From contig JAWANM010000002.1 of the NCBI GenBank assembly GCA_038895375.1, positions 1,447 through 65,446 of the forward strand: DNA of 64,000 nt. Reading direction: 5' to 3'. The notes below the pieces were generated by a model. It had not been told where the DNA came from and made no database searches. It saw only the letters and a list, made by a program, of their open reading frames with translations. A program made the position numbers and the translations under genes. Shown piece by piece: positions 46,881-56,744 of this stretch. Source of the DNA: Candidatus Pacearchaeota archaeon (lineage in GTDB: Archaea; Nanobdellota; Nanobdellia; Pacearchaeales; UBA284). Within the stretch, counting starts at the first letter, position 1, and each line of letters starts with the position of its first letter.

Positions 46881-47723
46881 ATGCAAGACTTTATAAAAAA
46901 ATTTGAAAAAAAAGTTAAAGAAACGATTGAAAAATACAAGCTTGCAACCAAAGAAGATAAAATTTTAGTAGCTTGCTCTGGCGGTAAAGATAGCACAACA
47001 GCCTTGTATTTGTTAAAAAAATTTGGTTATAATGTCGAAGCCTTGCACATAAACCTATTGATGGGTCCTTGGAGTAAAGAAAACGAAAGAAACATTAGGA
47101 AGTTTTGTAAAGAGCATGGAATAAAGCTGTATATTTTTTCGATTCGCGATGAACTAGGATATAGTATCTGCTATATTAAATCGGTCGTTCAACAAAAAGC
47201 AAAACTAAAACAATGCACTATTTGTGGAATTATAAGGAGGTGGTTGATAAACAAAAAAGCTCGTGCTTTGAAAGCGTCAAAGGTAGCTACAGGCCATAAT
47301 CTTGATGACGAAGCTCAAACAGTTATCATGAATTTGATCAAAGGAAATCCTTGGCTCGGAATCAATCAAGGACCTGTGACTGGCACAATAGAAGAGAAAA
47401 AATTCGTCACAAGAATCAAACCATTGTTTTTTTGCAAAGAAAAAGATATAAGAAAATATTCTGAACTGATGAAATTTCCTGTTCTCTATCGAAGATGTCC
47501 ATGCGTTGTTAGTGCTTTAAGACATGAGGTAAGAAAAAAATTGGATGAACTTGAAAAAAAGAATAAAAACATTAAAGAGAACATTGTATCGAATTGGTTG
47601 GAAATTAAAAAATTGTTAATACAAAAACAAGAACAAAAACCTATTCTTTATTGCAAAAATTGCGGAGAGCCTTCAAGACGAGAAATTTGTAAAGCTTGTA
47701 GCATATTGAAAGAAATTTCATAA
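46881..47723 (+). CDS. PP-loop ATPase, TtcA/TtuA-like tRNA thiolation enzyme
   Basis: ACSGGKDSTTALYLL PP-loop; C-terminal CxxC...CxxC. Confidence 0.8.
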   Translation: MQDFIKKFEKKVKETIEKYKLATKEDKILVACSGGKDSTTALYLLKKFGYNVEALHINLLMGPWSKENERNIRKFCKEHGIKLYIFSIRDELGYSICYIKSVVQQKAKLKQCTICGIIRRWLINKKARALKASKVATGHNLDDEAQTVIMNLIKGNPWLGINQGPVTGTIEEKKFVTRIKPLFFCKEKDIRKYSELMKFPVLYRRCPCVVSALRHEVRKKLDELEKKNKNIKENIVSNWLEIKKLLIQKQEQKPILYCKNCGEPSRREICKACSILKEIS

Positions 47724-47735
47724 ACCATTCGGGAA

Positions 47736-47927
47736 TTACTTTTTATGCTTTAAAATTTTTTCTGGAAATGCGTAACTGCTAAAGCCACAATTTAAGCAAA
47801 TATAAACGGTAGGAGCACCGAAGATAATGCCTGCAGAACCTCCTGCATTGCTTATCTTAACATTAACGCTTCCACATTTTGGACAAAATTTCACATGTAT
47901 TTGCTTTTTCCGCTTTAGCTTTGGCAT
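47736..47927 (-). CDS. small zinc-ribbon protein
   Basis: CPKCG...CLNCG; 63 aa. Confidence 0.35.
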   Translation of the reverse strand: MPKLKRKKQIHVKFCPKCGSVNVKISNAGGSAGIIFGAPTVYICLNCGFSSYAFPEKILKHKK

Positions 47928-48014
47928 TCTTAAAACAAAGATTTGAAGTATAAATTTCTTATGGCTTTGCTTACAGAAGAAAAAAATTAAAAAATAAAAT
48001 AAATTCGATACTTA

Positions 48015-48584
48015 ATGCGAGAAATCGTATATTTCAGTAGAACTGCATGGACAACCGGCAACTTTAAAGACTTGATGAAAGCAGGGAGAATGGACATAGC
48101 CTGTCATGCAATAATAATGAGTTTCTTTATAAGCAATGCAAGAAGACAAGATGTTGTACTGCATTTATTTTTTTATGGTCCTCCAGATCCTCCGAAGCAT
48201 TTGGAGATAAGAAGCAAAGCGCCGATCAGCAAAAAAGATGTCGCAAAGATCATTAAAATAATGTTGTACAAATACAAAGAAGGCAAGCGCATAGAAGCAT
48301 TACAAGATTGTTTTATCGAGAAAAAAAGTTTAATAACTTTTCTCGAAGAAAAAGCAGCCGAAGGAAAAAAAATTTATTTGCTTGATGAAAAAGGCCAGGA
48401 CATAAGAGAGACAAAAATAGAAAAAGATAGCATCTTTGTCCTAGGAGATCATAAAGGACTTCCAAAAAAAGAAAAGAAAAGAATTGCCAAGATTGGAAAA
48501 AAAATTTCTCTCGGCGATATTACTTATTTTACAAGTCAAGCGATTGCGATATTGCAAAACGAACTCGACAGAAGAGGTCTTTAA
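48015..48584 (+). CDS. SPOUT-superfamily methyltransferase (TrmY/DUF358-like)
   Basis: 189 aa; AGRMDIACHAIIMSFFIS and GPPDPPKHLEIR resemble the archaeal TrmY family. Family assignment is from memory. Confidence 0.45.
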   Translation: MREIVYFSRTAWTTGNFKDLMKAGRMDIACHAIIMSFFISNARRQDVVLHLFFYGPPDPPKHLEIRSKAPISKKDVAKIIKIMLYKYKEGKRIEALQDCFIEKKSLITFLEEKAAEGKKIYLLDEKGQDIRETKIEKDSIFVLGDHKGLPKKEKKRIAKIGKKISLGDITYFTSQAIAILQNELDRRGL

Positions 48585-48587
48585 TTT

Positions 48588-49511
48588 TTGAAAATGAAAT
48601 GCTCGAATTGTTCAAAAAAAGCAATAATCGAAATCTTATGGAGAAAAAAAAGGTATTGCAAGGAACATTTCACAAGATATTTTTTTGGACAAGTGAAGAA
48701 AGTTTTAGAAAGTAAAAAGTATGGCGCTACAGAAATCGATAGAGATACTAAAATTTGTGTAGCCTTGTCTGGCGGCAAAGATTCTGCTGTTTGTTTTTAT
48801 GTCTTGAAGAATCTTGGCTATAAAGTTACTCCTTTTCACATAAATTTAGGAATTCCTCTTTTTTCTGAAAAATCTTTAGAGAAAAGTTTGGAGCTCGGAA
48901 AGCTATTGAAAGAAAAAGTAAGAATAATCGACTTGAAAGAAGAGCTTGGTTTTTCTATAGAGGAATTGCTTATGAAAAATAAAAAGAAGCTTCCATGCAA
49001 AGTTTGCGGCACAGTAAAAAGATATATTTTCAACAAATTTGCCTTTGAAAATAATTTTGATTACATAGCTACAGGCCACAACTTGAGCGACATTGCTGCT
49101 CAAGGCCTCAACATCTTGATAAACAACCAATTCGATGGCTTCAAAAATCTCTTGCCTTTATTGCCAACAAAAAAAGAACAAAAACTTTGTGGAAGGATTA
49201 AGCCATTGTTTTTCTTGAGCGATGAAGAAATCTGGCTTTTTGCTCGAGCAAATGAAATTCCTTTTTTGGAAGAAAAATGTCCATATACTGCTAACACGCC
49301 TTCGCTTCATCAATTCAAAAAGTTTTTGAATGCAATCGAAAAAGAAAGACCCGGTACTGTAAGAAGATTCGGCTTCGCTTTTATCGAGTTGGGAAAAAGG
49401 TTTGAAGAAATATTTAAAAAAGAAAGAAAATTTAGACAATGTGTTGCTTGCGGTTATCCTTCGACAACCAAAAAATGTTATTTCTGCAGATTGATGCAAA
49501 AAATAAAATAA
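48588..49511 (+). CDS. PP-loop ATPase, TtuA/NcsA-like (N- and C-terminal zinc fingers)
   Basis: N-terminal CSNC...C..H, PP-loop ALSGGKDSAVCFYVL, C-terminal CVACG...CYFC. Confidence 0.8.
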   Translation: MKMKCSNCSKKAIIEILWRKKRYCKEHFTRYFFGQVKKVLESKKYGATEIDRDTKICVALSGGKDSAVCFYVLKNLGYKVTPFHINLGIPLFSEKSLEKSLELGKLLKEKVRIIDLKEELGFSIEELLMKNKKKLPCKVCGTVKRYIFNKFAFENNFDYIATGHNLSDIAAQGLNILINNQFDGFKNLLPLLPTKKEQKLCGRIKPLFFLSDEEIWLFARANEIPFLEEKCPYTANTPSLHQFKKFLNAIEKERPGTVRRFGFAFIELGKRFEEIFKKERKFRQCVACGYPSTTKKCYFCRLMQKIK

Positions 49512-49522
49512 TATGGTGAAGA

Positions 49523-50299
49523 ATGTCGAACAAAAAAGAAAATAAAATTTCGGGAGTCCCATTTCAAGAAGGAGACTATGTGCTCATAGTCCACAATGAA
49601 AAAAGATTCTTAAGGAGACTTCATGAAAAAATGGTCCTGAATGTAAAAAAAGATGTCATAAAATTTGAGAACATAGTAGGAAAAAAAGAAGGCGAGAAAG
49701 TAGGAAATTTCTATCTTTTCAGGCCAACAATCGAAGACATAATTTTCCTTGGATTCAAAAGAAAAACTCAAATAATCTATCCCAAAGATTCTTTTTTCAT
49801 AGCTTTCAAATTGAACATCAAAAAAGAAGACAAGGTTCTTGAAATAGGAACAGGCAGCGGAGCCTTGACGGCCGTGCTTTCAAGACTTGCCAAAAAAGTT
49901 TATACTTTTGAAATTTCAAAACAATTTTACAAACTTGCTCTCAAAAATTGGAAAAAGTTTGATCTATGTAAGAATGTTAAAGCAATCAACGCAGATTTTC
50001 AAAAAGTGAAGCTTAAAAAAGATTTTTTTGATGCTTGCTTTGTCGACGTCAAAGAGCCTTGGTTGTATCTGAAAAAAATTTGGCAAAGTTTGAAACCAGG
50101 CAAGGTTTGTGGATTTTTATTTCCTACGGTCAATCAAGTATGTAAATTGCTGAGCGAAATGGGGTCGCTTTTTACAGACATAGAAGTTTTTGAAATTTTA
50201 ATTAGATACTACAAGCCGAATCCTGAAAGATTGAGGCCAAAAGACAGAATGATTGCTCATACGGGCTATTTAGTATTTTGCAAAAAGAAAATCGAATAA
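49523..50299 (+). CDS. trmI: tRNA (adenine-N1)-methyltransferase TrmI/Gcd14 family
   Basis: N-terminal beta domain, then VLEIGTGSGALTAVLSRLA (class-I SAM motif I). Confidence 0.7.
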   Translation: MSNKKENKISGVPFQEGDYVLIVHNEKRFLRRLHEKMVLNVKKDVIKFENIVGKKEGEKVGNFYLFRPTIEDIIFLGFKRKTQIIYPKDSFFIAFKLNIKKEDKVLEIGTGSGALTAVLSRLAKKVYTFEISKQFYKLALKNWKKFDLCKNVKAINADFQKVKLKKDFFDACFVDVKEPWLYLKKIWQSLKPGKVCGFLFPTVNQVCKLLSEMGSLFTDIEVFEILIRYYKPNPERLRPKDRMIAHTGYLVFCKKKIE

Positions 50300-51228
50300 A
50301 AATGAAGAAAGCAACGTGCTATGTTTTGTTTTCTGGCGGTCTCGACTCTAGATTGGCTCTAAAGATGATGAAAGAGCAGCAAAACGATAAATTCGAAATT
50401 ATTGCAATAACTTTCAAATTTCCCTTTGGCACTGGATGCTGTGCTGTGGATTGTGCTTTCAATTTTTGTCAAGTTCAAGGAGTAAAGCAAAAGATCATTG
50501 ATTGCACAAAAGGAAAACTTTTCAAGAAATACCTTGAGATGGTTGCAAAACCAAAATTTGGCTATGGTTCTGGAATGAATCCTTGTATCGATTGCAGGAT
50601 TTTTATTCTAAAAGAAACAAAAAAATTTCTTAGAGATAATGATTTTATTGTTACCGGTGAAGTGCTCAATGAAAGACCGATGTCACAGCATCGCAAGGCT
50701 TTGATGTTGATTGAAAAAGAAACAGAGCTTGAAGGAAAAATTTTAAGACCCTTGAGCGCTAAGCTGCTTCCGGAAACTCTGCCGGAAAAACAAAAACTTG
50801 TCGAAAGAAGAAAATTATTAAGCATAAGCGGAAGAAGCAGAAAAAAGCAAATAGCTCTAGCAAAACATTATGGCATCGATTATCCGAGTCCTGCGGGAGG
50901 TTGTTTGCTATGCGAAAAAGTATTCGCAGAAAGGCTTAAAGACCTTTTCAAAAGAAAAAAATTGAACGAGATTACGCCTCGAGATATAGAATTGTTGAAA
51001 TTCGGAAGACATTTTTTCTTCCCAGATTTTAAAATAATCGTGGGAAGAAATCACGAAGAAAATTTGAAATTGAAGAAGTTGAGAGCAAAGAACGAAAAAA
51101 TTTTTGAGTTGAAAAGCAAACCAGGTCCGAGTGTTTTGCTGCAAGGTAAAGGGAAAGAAGCCGAAAAAAAAGCAAAGGAGTTTGTTCTGAAATTTTCAAA
51201 ACATGTTGATGAAGTAATTAGCATATAG
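50278..51228 (+). CDS. PP-loop ATPase, ThiI/MnmA-like thiolase domain protein
   Basis: VLFSGGLDSRLALKMM PP-loop; NPCIDCRIF cysteine pair. Confidence 0.65.
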   Translation: MQKENRIKMKKATCYVLFSGGLDSRLALKMMKEQQNDKFEIIAITFKFPFGTGCCAVDCAFNFCQVQGVKQKIIDCTKGKLFKKYLEMVAKPKFGYGSGMNPCIDCRIFILKETKKFLRDNDFIVTGEVLNERPMSQHRKALMLIEKETELEGKILRPLSAKLLPETLPEKQKLVERRKLLSISGRSRKKQIALAKHYGIDYPSPAGGCLLCEKVFAERLKDLFKRKKLNEITPRDIELLKFGRHFFFPDFKIIVGRNHEENLKLKKLRAKNEKIFELKSKPGPSVLLQGKGKEAEKKAKEFVLKFSKHVDEVISI

Positions 51229-51263
51229 AAAAATTTATAAGTTAAAAATCTAAAGAAAATAAA

Positions 51264-51818
51264 ATGCCACAAGAGTTTAAACAAGTAAAAAAAGGTCTCA
51301 ATACAGAAAAGGCTCTTCTTGAAGCATTGGCAGGAGAAAGTAAAGCAAGAGTAAAGTACAATTTATTTGCCGAAGTTGCTCGTAAAGAAGGATACGAACA
51401 AATTGCGGCGATTTTCGAAGAAACAGCAAACAACGAGCTCGAGCATGCAAAAATAATTCTCAAGCTCTTGGGCGAAAATCCTAAAAATACAGAAGAAGCT
51501 TTAAAAAAAGCTATCGAAGGAGAGCACTATGAATGGACAAAAATGTATCCGCAATTCCAAAAAATTGCACGAGAAGAGGGGGAAGAAGATGCTGCAACTT
51601 TTTTTAAAGAAGTAGCCGAAGTAGAAACTCAGCATGAAGCGCGTTTCAAAAAACTCCTAGAGAATTTGAAAAATGCCAGGGTTTTCAAAAAAGATAAAGT
51701 TGTAAAGTGGAAATGCAGAAATTGCGGTTACGTGCATCAAGGAAGAGAGGCTCCTAAAGAATGTCCTAATTGCAAATATCCAAGAAATTACTTTGAGCTT
51801 TATTGCGAAAACTACTAA
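51264..51818 (+). CDS. rbr: rubrerythrin
   Basis: Ferritin-like E..H pairs (ELEHAK, ETQHEARF) plus C-terminal rubredoxin-like CRNCGY...CPNC. Confidence 0.9.
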   Translation: MPQEFKQVKKGLNTEKALLEALAGESKARVKYNLFAEVARKEGYEQIAAIFEETANNELEHAKIILKLLGENPKNTEEALKKAIEGEHYEWTKMYPQFQKIAREEGEEDAATFFKEVAEVETQHEARFKKLLENLKNARVFKKDKVVKWKCRNCGYVHQGREAPKECPNCKYPRNYFELYCENY

Positions 51819-51837
51819 AAGCACAATTTAAGAAAAA

Positions 51838-52089
51838 ATGGAAGTCTATATTAAGTATGAAGGTAGAACAATTTCGATAACAGAAGTACACGGAAATAAA
51901 AGAAATAAAAAAATAATATCGAACAACTATGAAGACTTGAAGGAAGAATTAAACAAATATGAGGGAAGGAATTATAAAATATATTTCATCTTGCCTCGTG
52001 ATGAATTAGAAAAATTGTGTGGAAAGCAAATTTCACTGGAAGAATTTCTTGATATTCTTTTTGCTAAAGATGACAAAGAAAAAATGTAA
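51838..52089 (+). CDS. hypothetical small protein
   Basis: ORF only. Confidence 0.3.
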   Translation: MEVYIKYEGRTISITEVHGNKRNKKIISNNYEDLKEELNKYEGRNYKIYFILPRDELEKLCGKQISLEEFLDILFAKDDKEKM

Positions 52090-52459
52090 AGCGATTGAAA
52101 GCGCTCTCTTGATAATTTTAATTTTTTCATTAATTCTAAATGGATGCGCACGCGGAAATATTTTAGTGCTCAAAGATAAAATGCAAATTCCTCAAGAGAA
52201 ATGCAAACTTCTTGACAAGTATGTATTCATTTATGAAACAGGATGCCCGCATTGTGTAAGAATTCTTCCAGAAATAGAAAAATTAGAAAGAGAAAAAGGA
52301 TTAACGTTCAAGAGATATAATGTTGCCCTCGAGAAAGATCTGCGAGAGTTGCAAGCTTTAGGAATATTGCCACAGGGGGTCCCTTGCGTAATAGTTAATT
52401 GCAAAGTTTTTATTGGATCTGGATATAAAGCTGAAGACTTTGAAAAAGCAATTTCTTAG
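52070..52459 (+). CDS. thioredoxin-fold protein with lipoprotein-type signal (lipobox LNGC); start chosen at internal Met
   Basis: MTKKKCKAIESALLIILIFSLILNGC, then the GCPHCVRILPE CxxC motif. Confidence 0.55.
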   Translation: MTKKKCKAIESALLIILIFSLILNGCARGNILVLKDKMQIPQEKCKLLDKYVFIYETGCPHCVRILPEIEKLEREKGLTFKRYNVALEKDLRELQALGILPQGVPCVIVNCKVFIGSGYKAEDFEKAIS

Positions 52460-52538
52460 ACTTATGCTTTCTATACTTTTTCTTTAACCAGCACTGAATT
52501 AAGCAAACATATAAAAACAGCAGTGATTTATTGCTTTA

Positions 52539-53015
52539 ATGAAATCTATCGTTGTTTTTTTATCAATACATCACAAAAACACGGAAAAAATTGCAAAAGA
52601 AATTGCAAAAGTTTTAAATGCCAAGCTTGCGGATCCCGAAAAGATAAAAGCAAGAACAATATTAGAATATGATCTGATTGGTTTTGGTTCTGGAATTTAT
52701 TTCTGGAAACACCACAAAAAGCTGTTGAATTTCGTCGATGAGATTCCTTTTGTGAAAAATAAGAAAGCTTTTATTTTTTCGACGAGCGGTATTTCGATTG
52801 CATCATGGTTTCATGCTCCCTTAAGAAAAAAATTGATAAGCAAAGGATTTAAAATCATAGGCGAGTTTAATTGCCCAGGTTTTGACACTTTCTGCTTGCT
52901 TAAGCTTTTTGGAGGCATCAACAAGGGACGCCCAAACGAAAAAGATCTGAAAAAAGCAAGAGAGTTCGCTAATAAAATTAAATTTTTAAATGAAAGATTC
53001 TTCAAAAAAAGATGA
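52539..53015 (+). CDS. flavodoxin-like fold protein
   Basis: IVVFLSIHHKNTEKIAKEIA ... FGSGIYFWK pattern; weak. Confidence 0.4.
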   Translation: MKSIVVFLSIHHKNTEKIAKEIAKVLNAKLADPEKIKARTILEYDLIGFGSGIYFWKHHKKLLNFVDEIPFVKNKKAFIFSTSGISIASWFHAPLRKKLISKGFKIIGEFNCPGFDTFCLLKLFGGINKGRPNEKDLKKAREFANKIKFLNERFFKKR

Positions 53016-53701
53016 TATCTATTCCCTCTTTAATAGCTCTCGCAGCAGCCGACGCTGTAAATCCTTGTGAGCTCGCTGTTTTGTTATTGGCTTTAATCGC
53101 TATTCTAACAAAATATCCTAGAGAAAGGAAAAAAGTATTGTATGTAGGTTTTGCTTTTGCAGCAGCTATCTTTATGATGTACATGATTTACGGCTTGATT
53201 CTCATAAATGTTTTTAGCATTATCGCTAAAATAAAGTCTGTTTCTGCAATTCTTTATAAAGTATTCGGCATTGTCGGTATTGTTTTGGGTGCACTAAACA
53301 TAAAAGATTTTTTTGCTTATGGAGCCGTCTTTGTAACCGAAGTACCGCGTGGCTGGCGTCCTTCGATGAAAAGTTTGATTGCAAAAATAACCTCGCCAAT
53401 CGGAGCTTTCTTTATTGGTATTGTCGTTGCTTTATTTTTAACACCATGTACAATGGGTCCTTACATTATTGCTTCTGGCTTATTACAGCCATTAGGTTTT
53501 TTCAAAGCATTGCCTCTTCTTTTGCTTTACAATATAATTTTTATTTCGCCGATGGTTGCAATTACCTTGGCCGTTTATTTCGGCTTTACAACTGTAGAGA
53601 AAGTAAGCGGATGGCGTGAAAAAAACATTAGATTGTTGCATCTCATAGCAGGAATAATTCTCGTTGTAATTGGTTTTTTGCTTCTATTTGCACTAATCTA
53701 A
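53012..53701 (+). CDS. ccdA: CcdA/DsbD-family thiol-disulfide transmembrane electron-transfer protein
   Basis: Six TM segments; conserved Cys in TM1 (AVNPCELAV) and TM4 (LTPCTMGP). Confidence 0.7.
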   Translation: MISIPSLIALAAADAVNPCELAVLLLALIAILTKYPRERKKVLYVGFAFAAAIFMMYMIYGLILINVFSIIAKIKSVSAILYKVFGIVGIVLGALNIKDFFAYGAVFVTEVPRGWRPSMKSLIAKITSPIGAFFIGIVVALFLTPCTMGPYIIASGLLQPLGFFKALPLLLLYNIIFISPMVAITLAVYFGFTTVEKVSGWREKNIRLLHLIAGIILVVIGFLLLFALI

Positions 53702-53891
53702 ATACATAACTTGTTTGCCAACTTCCCACTTATCTGGATCGCAATCTGATGAGTTTAGCTTTAGATAACTTCCTCCACCACCGCCAAAGAAGCCCTTGTA
53801 AGAACCAAATATTTCTGGCTTGAACGGACTTATCATTACTCTCGTAGGTATTTTTTCATTATTATAAATTATTGCAATCTTCTTTTCAATG

Positions 53892-54653
53892 TTACGTTGC
53901 TCTTCCTCGCAAAGCAAGAAATAGATTGTATATGAAAGCTCCATGATTTGGTGAAACATGGCCATTAATTAATAATTTTGCTCCTATGTCATTAAGAAAT
54001 TCTGCAGCATCTCCAGACTTTTTCCATAGAGTTTCGTGAATTGCTTTCTCTCTGTTAAAGTAATGCTTTCTGCTTGGATAACCTCCATGAGTAAGAACGA
54101 TGCTGTTTTCTACTATTACAGCAATTGGCAATGATTTTAAATATAGATATTGCCTTTCTGTTAGTCTTTTTGAAGGAAACCTGATCTCATGCCACAAATT
54201 CGTAAGCGCTTTTCCAAGTCCGAATTTCTTGAGCCATTTATAAAATAATCTAAAGATTCCAGCATCATGACCATCCACTGCTTTACGTGCTTCATAACTT
54301 TTTATTGCTTCATGTTCGTGATTCCCTTTTACACAAATGTAATATTCTTCTTTTCCTAATTTTTTCAAAGTTTCTTTTATTTCTATTTCTCTGTCCAAAA
54401 ATTTAGGTTCCATGTTCCACTCTTTAATTCTTTCGGGATGCACAAAATCGCCTAGATCTATAACATAAGCTTCGCCATTTTTCATTTTATCAATCAAGCC
54501 CTCTTTTTTCTTTACTTTCATATAATTTTCATAACCATCGTGTGCGTCAGATACAACATAAAAAGGTTTTCCCTTAAGACTTACATGAACTACATTTTCG
54601 GCACCGAGAATTTCTTCAAGAGTCTTGCGGCAACTTTTGTGTTCTGAGGTCAT
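53892..54653 (-). CDS. calcineurin-like metallophosphoesterase
   Basis: DLGDFVHP, GNHEHE motifs. Confidence 0.8.
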   Translation of the reverse strand: MTSEHKSCRKTLEEILGAENVVHVSLKGKPFYVVSDAHDGYENYMKVKKKEGLIDKMKNGEAYVIDLGDFVHPERIKEWNMEPKFLDREIEIKETLKKLGKEEYYICVKGNHEHEAIKSYEARKAVDGHDAGIFRLFYKWLKKFGLGKALTNLWHEIRFPSKRLTERQYLYLKSLPIAVIVENSIVLTHGGYPSRKHYFNREKAIHETLWKKSGDAAEFLNDIGAKLLINGHVSPNHGAFIYNLFLALRGRAT

Positions 54654-54803
54654 GTTTCAAAATAGCTTCTCTAACTAAATTTAATAAATTACACAATAAA
54701 CCAGGATTTTTAAATCTTTTTTATTTGTCACCACTTGATAGATACATCTAAAAACAGTTGAAGATGAAGATAGTTTTAAAACTTTGATTTTGTTAAGCAT
54801 TGT

Positions 54804-56345
54804 ATGAAAAAAATGAGGAAGCTGTTTATTTGGAATAGACTCGGCAATCAGTGTGCTATAGGAAGAGACGGAAAGTGTTGCAAGAACTGTCTAATGGGTC
54901 CTTGCATTGTATGGAGCTCAAAAAACAAAGGAGCTTGCGGCGCTTCTCAAGATCTGATTGTTGCACGCAACTTGCTTAGATTTGTTGCAGGAGGAACTGC
55001 CGCTCACTGCGGACATGCTTATCATTTGTTGAACTATTTAAAACAAAAATATCCTAAAGACTATATAAAGAGAAAAGCTCCAAGAGAATTGTATGAACTG
55101 TGGAAAAAATATAATTTCTTGCCTCAAGCAAATTTAGAACATTTCAAAGAGATATCCGAAGCTTTGCACACGACAACCATGGGTTGCAATGCGGATTATG
55201 AAGATATATTACAATGGTGCATAAAGTTGGGAATTCTCGACGGCTACTATGGACTATATCTCGCAACAGAGCTCGAAGATAAAGAGTTTGGAAAACCAAA
55301 AATAAGAATAGGCGAATTGAATCTTGGCGTGATTAAACCAGAAAAAATTAACATAGCTGTTCACGGACATGAACCTATGCTTGCAGAAGCCATTGCCAAA
55401 GAAGTTAAGAAAAAAGAAAACGAAGATATCAACCTAGTAGGTGTTTGTTGTACTGGAGCTAGCATTCTTGCACGTCATGGGATCCCTATGGCTGCAAATT
55501 TTTTGCTGCAAGAAAACGTTATAGCAACCGGCTGCATAGATGTCTTGGTAGTAGATGTTCAGTGCATTATGCCTTCACTACAAGATCTTGCTGAATGCTA
55601 TCATACTAAAATTGTAACTACAAACGAACTTTGCAAGATTCCTAATGCTATTCATTTACCTATTAAGAGTAAAAAAGATGCCGAGGAGGCTGCAAAACAG
55701 ATCATCAAGATTGCAAGAATCCTTTCGAAATACAGAGAACACAAAGAATTTTTAATAAAACCTGAAAAAAAGCTTGCCGTTGTTGGTTTTCATGAAAAAA
55801 ATTTGCCTTTCACTTCAAGAGAGATAGCAAAAAGAATAAAAAACGGAAAATTGAAAGGCGTAATAGCTGTAATCGGTTGTGAAAATCCCAGGGTCAAAGA
55901 AAACTGGCCTAAATTTTATAAAGAACTGAGCAAGGACTATCTGTTCTTAACTACTGGTTGTATCGCTTTTAAGCTAGCACAGCACGGCCTGCTAAACGGC
56001 AAGAACTTCTTTCATCTAGGTTCTTGCATCAATAATGCGCGAATTGCAGAAATTTTCAAGCAAGTTGCAAAAGCAGCACGCAAAAAAATTCATGAAATGC
56101 CTTTCTTAGTTTCTTGTCCAATGCCTATAACAGAAAAAGCTGTTGCAATCGGAATGTTTTTCGCTTCTCTCGGTGTGGATGTTCATTTCGGTTATCCTTT
56201 TCTAATATCTAGCGACTTGCATGTTGCTAAATATTTAGAGCATCTACTAAAAAAAGATTTCAAAAGTAAAGTTTTTCTTGAAACAAATCCGAACAAGTTG
56301 AAAAAAAGACTAGAACAAGAAGGACTCGCAACAGTCTACAAATAA
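54804..56345 (+). CDS. Ni-CODH catalytic subunit (CooS)/hybrid-cluster-protein family member, short form (513 aa)
   Basis: CCKNCLMGPC...GACGAS.DLIVARNLLRFVAGGTAAHCGHAYH closely follows the CooS N-terminus (CCR.CL.GPCRI...GVCGA..D.IVAR.L.R.IAAGTAAHS.H). Confidence 0.6.
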   Translation: MKKMRKLFIWNRLGNQCAIGRDGKCCKNCLMGPCIVWSSKNKGACGASQDLIVARNLLRFVAGGTAAHCGHAYHLLNYLKQKYPKDYIKRKAPRELYELWKKYNFLPQANLEHFKEISEALHTTTMGCNADYEDILQWCIKLGILDGYYGLYLATELEDKEFGKPKIRIGELNLGVIKPEKINIAVHGHEPMLAEAIAKEVKKKENEDINLVGVCCTGASILARHGIPMAANFLLQENVIATGCIDVLVVDVQCIMPSLQDLAECYHTKIVTTNELCKIPNAIHLPIKSKKDAEEAAKQIIKIARILSKYREHKEFLIKPEKKLAVVGFHEKNLPFTSREIAKRIKNGKLKGVIAVIGCENPRVKENWPKFYKELSKDYLFLTTGCIAFKLAQHGLLNGKNFFHLGSCINNARIAEIFKQVAKAARKKIHEMPFLVSCPMPITEKAVAIGMFFASLGVDVHFGYPFLISSDLHVAKYLEHLLKKDFKSKVFLETNPNKLKKRLEQEGLATVYK

Positions 56346-56705
56346 TTGCTGCAAGAAATGAAAAAAGTAAAAATTTTTTTGAAAAAAAGAAAAATATGTA
56401 CTGCAATTTTATGCAGCACTTTTTTTGAAAGAATGTTTGGCTTGATACTAAGAAAAAAACAATCTGCTTTAATAGTTTTACCAAAAGTTTCAAGAAGTTT
56501 AGCAGCAATTCACACTTTTTTCATGCTTTTCTCTATTGATGCTTTTTGGCTTGATAAAAATAAAACAATTGTAGATGTTGCAAAAAACATAAGGCCATTC
56601 TGCTTGAGTGTAGTGCCAAAAGAGGATGCAAAATTTATTCTCGAAATCCCTGCCGGAATTATTGACCTAAAAATAGGAGATCGGTTGAAGTTCATTGTTG
56701 ACTAA
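56346..56705 (+). CDS. DUF192-family protein
   Basis: IDAFWLDKNKTIVDV ... FILEIPAGIIDLKIGDRLKF; follows the CooS-like gene with a 0-nt gap. Confidence 0.55.
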   Translation: MLQEMKKVKIFLKKRKICTAILCSTFFERMFGLILRKKQSALIVLPKVSRSLAAIHTFFMLFSIDAFWLDKNKTIVDVAKNIRPFCLSVVPKEDAKFILEIPAGIIDLKIGDRLKFIVD

Positions 56706-56744
56706 AAGAGTTAAATTTATAACTTTTATTTTTTTAAGAAAAAA

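Noticed and set aside
53693-53965. 90-aa minus-strand ORF.
   Set aside because: Overlaps the 3-prime end of the metallophosphoesterase gene by 74 nt in another frame; low confidence. Could be a small real gene but not supportable.
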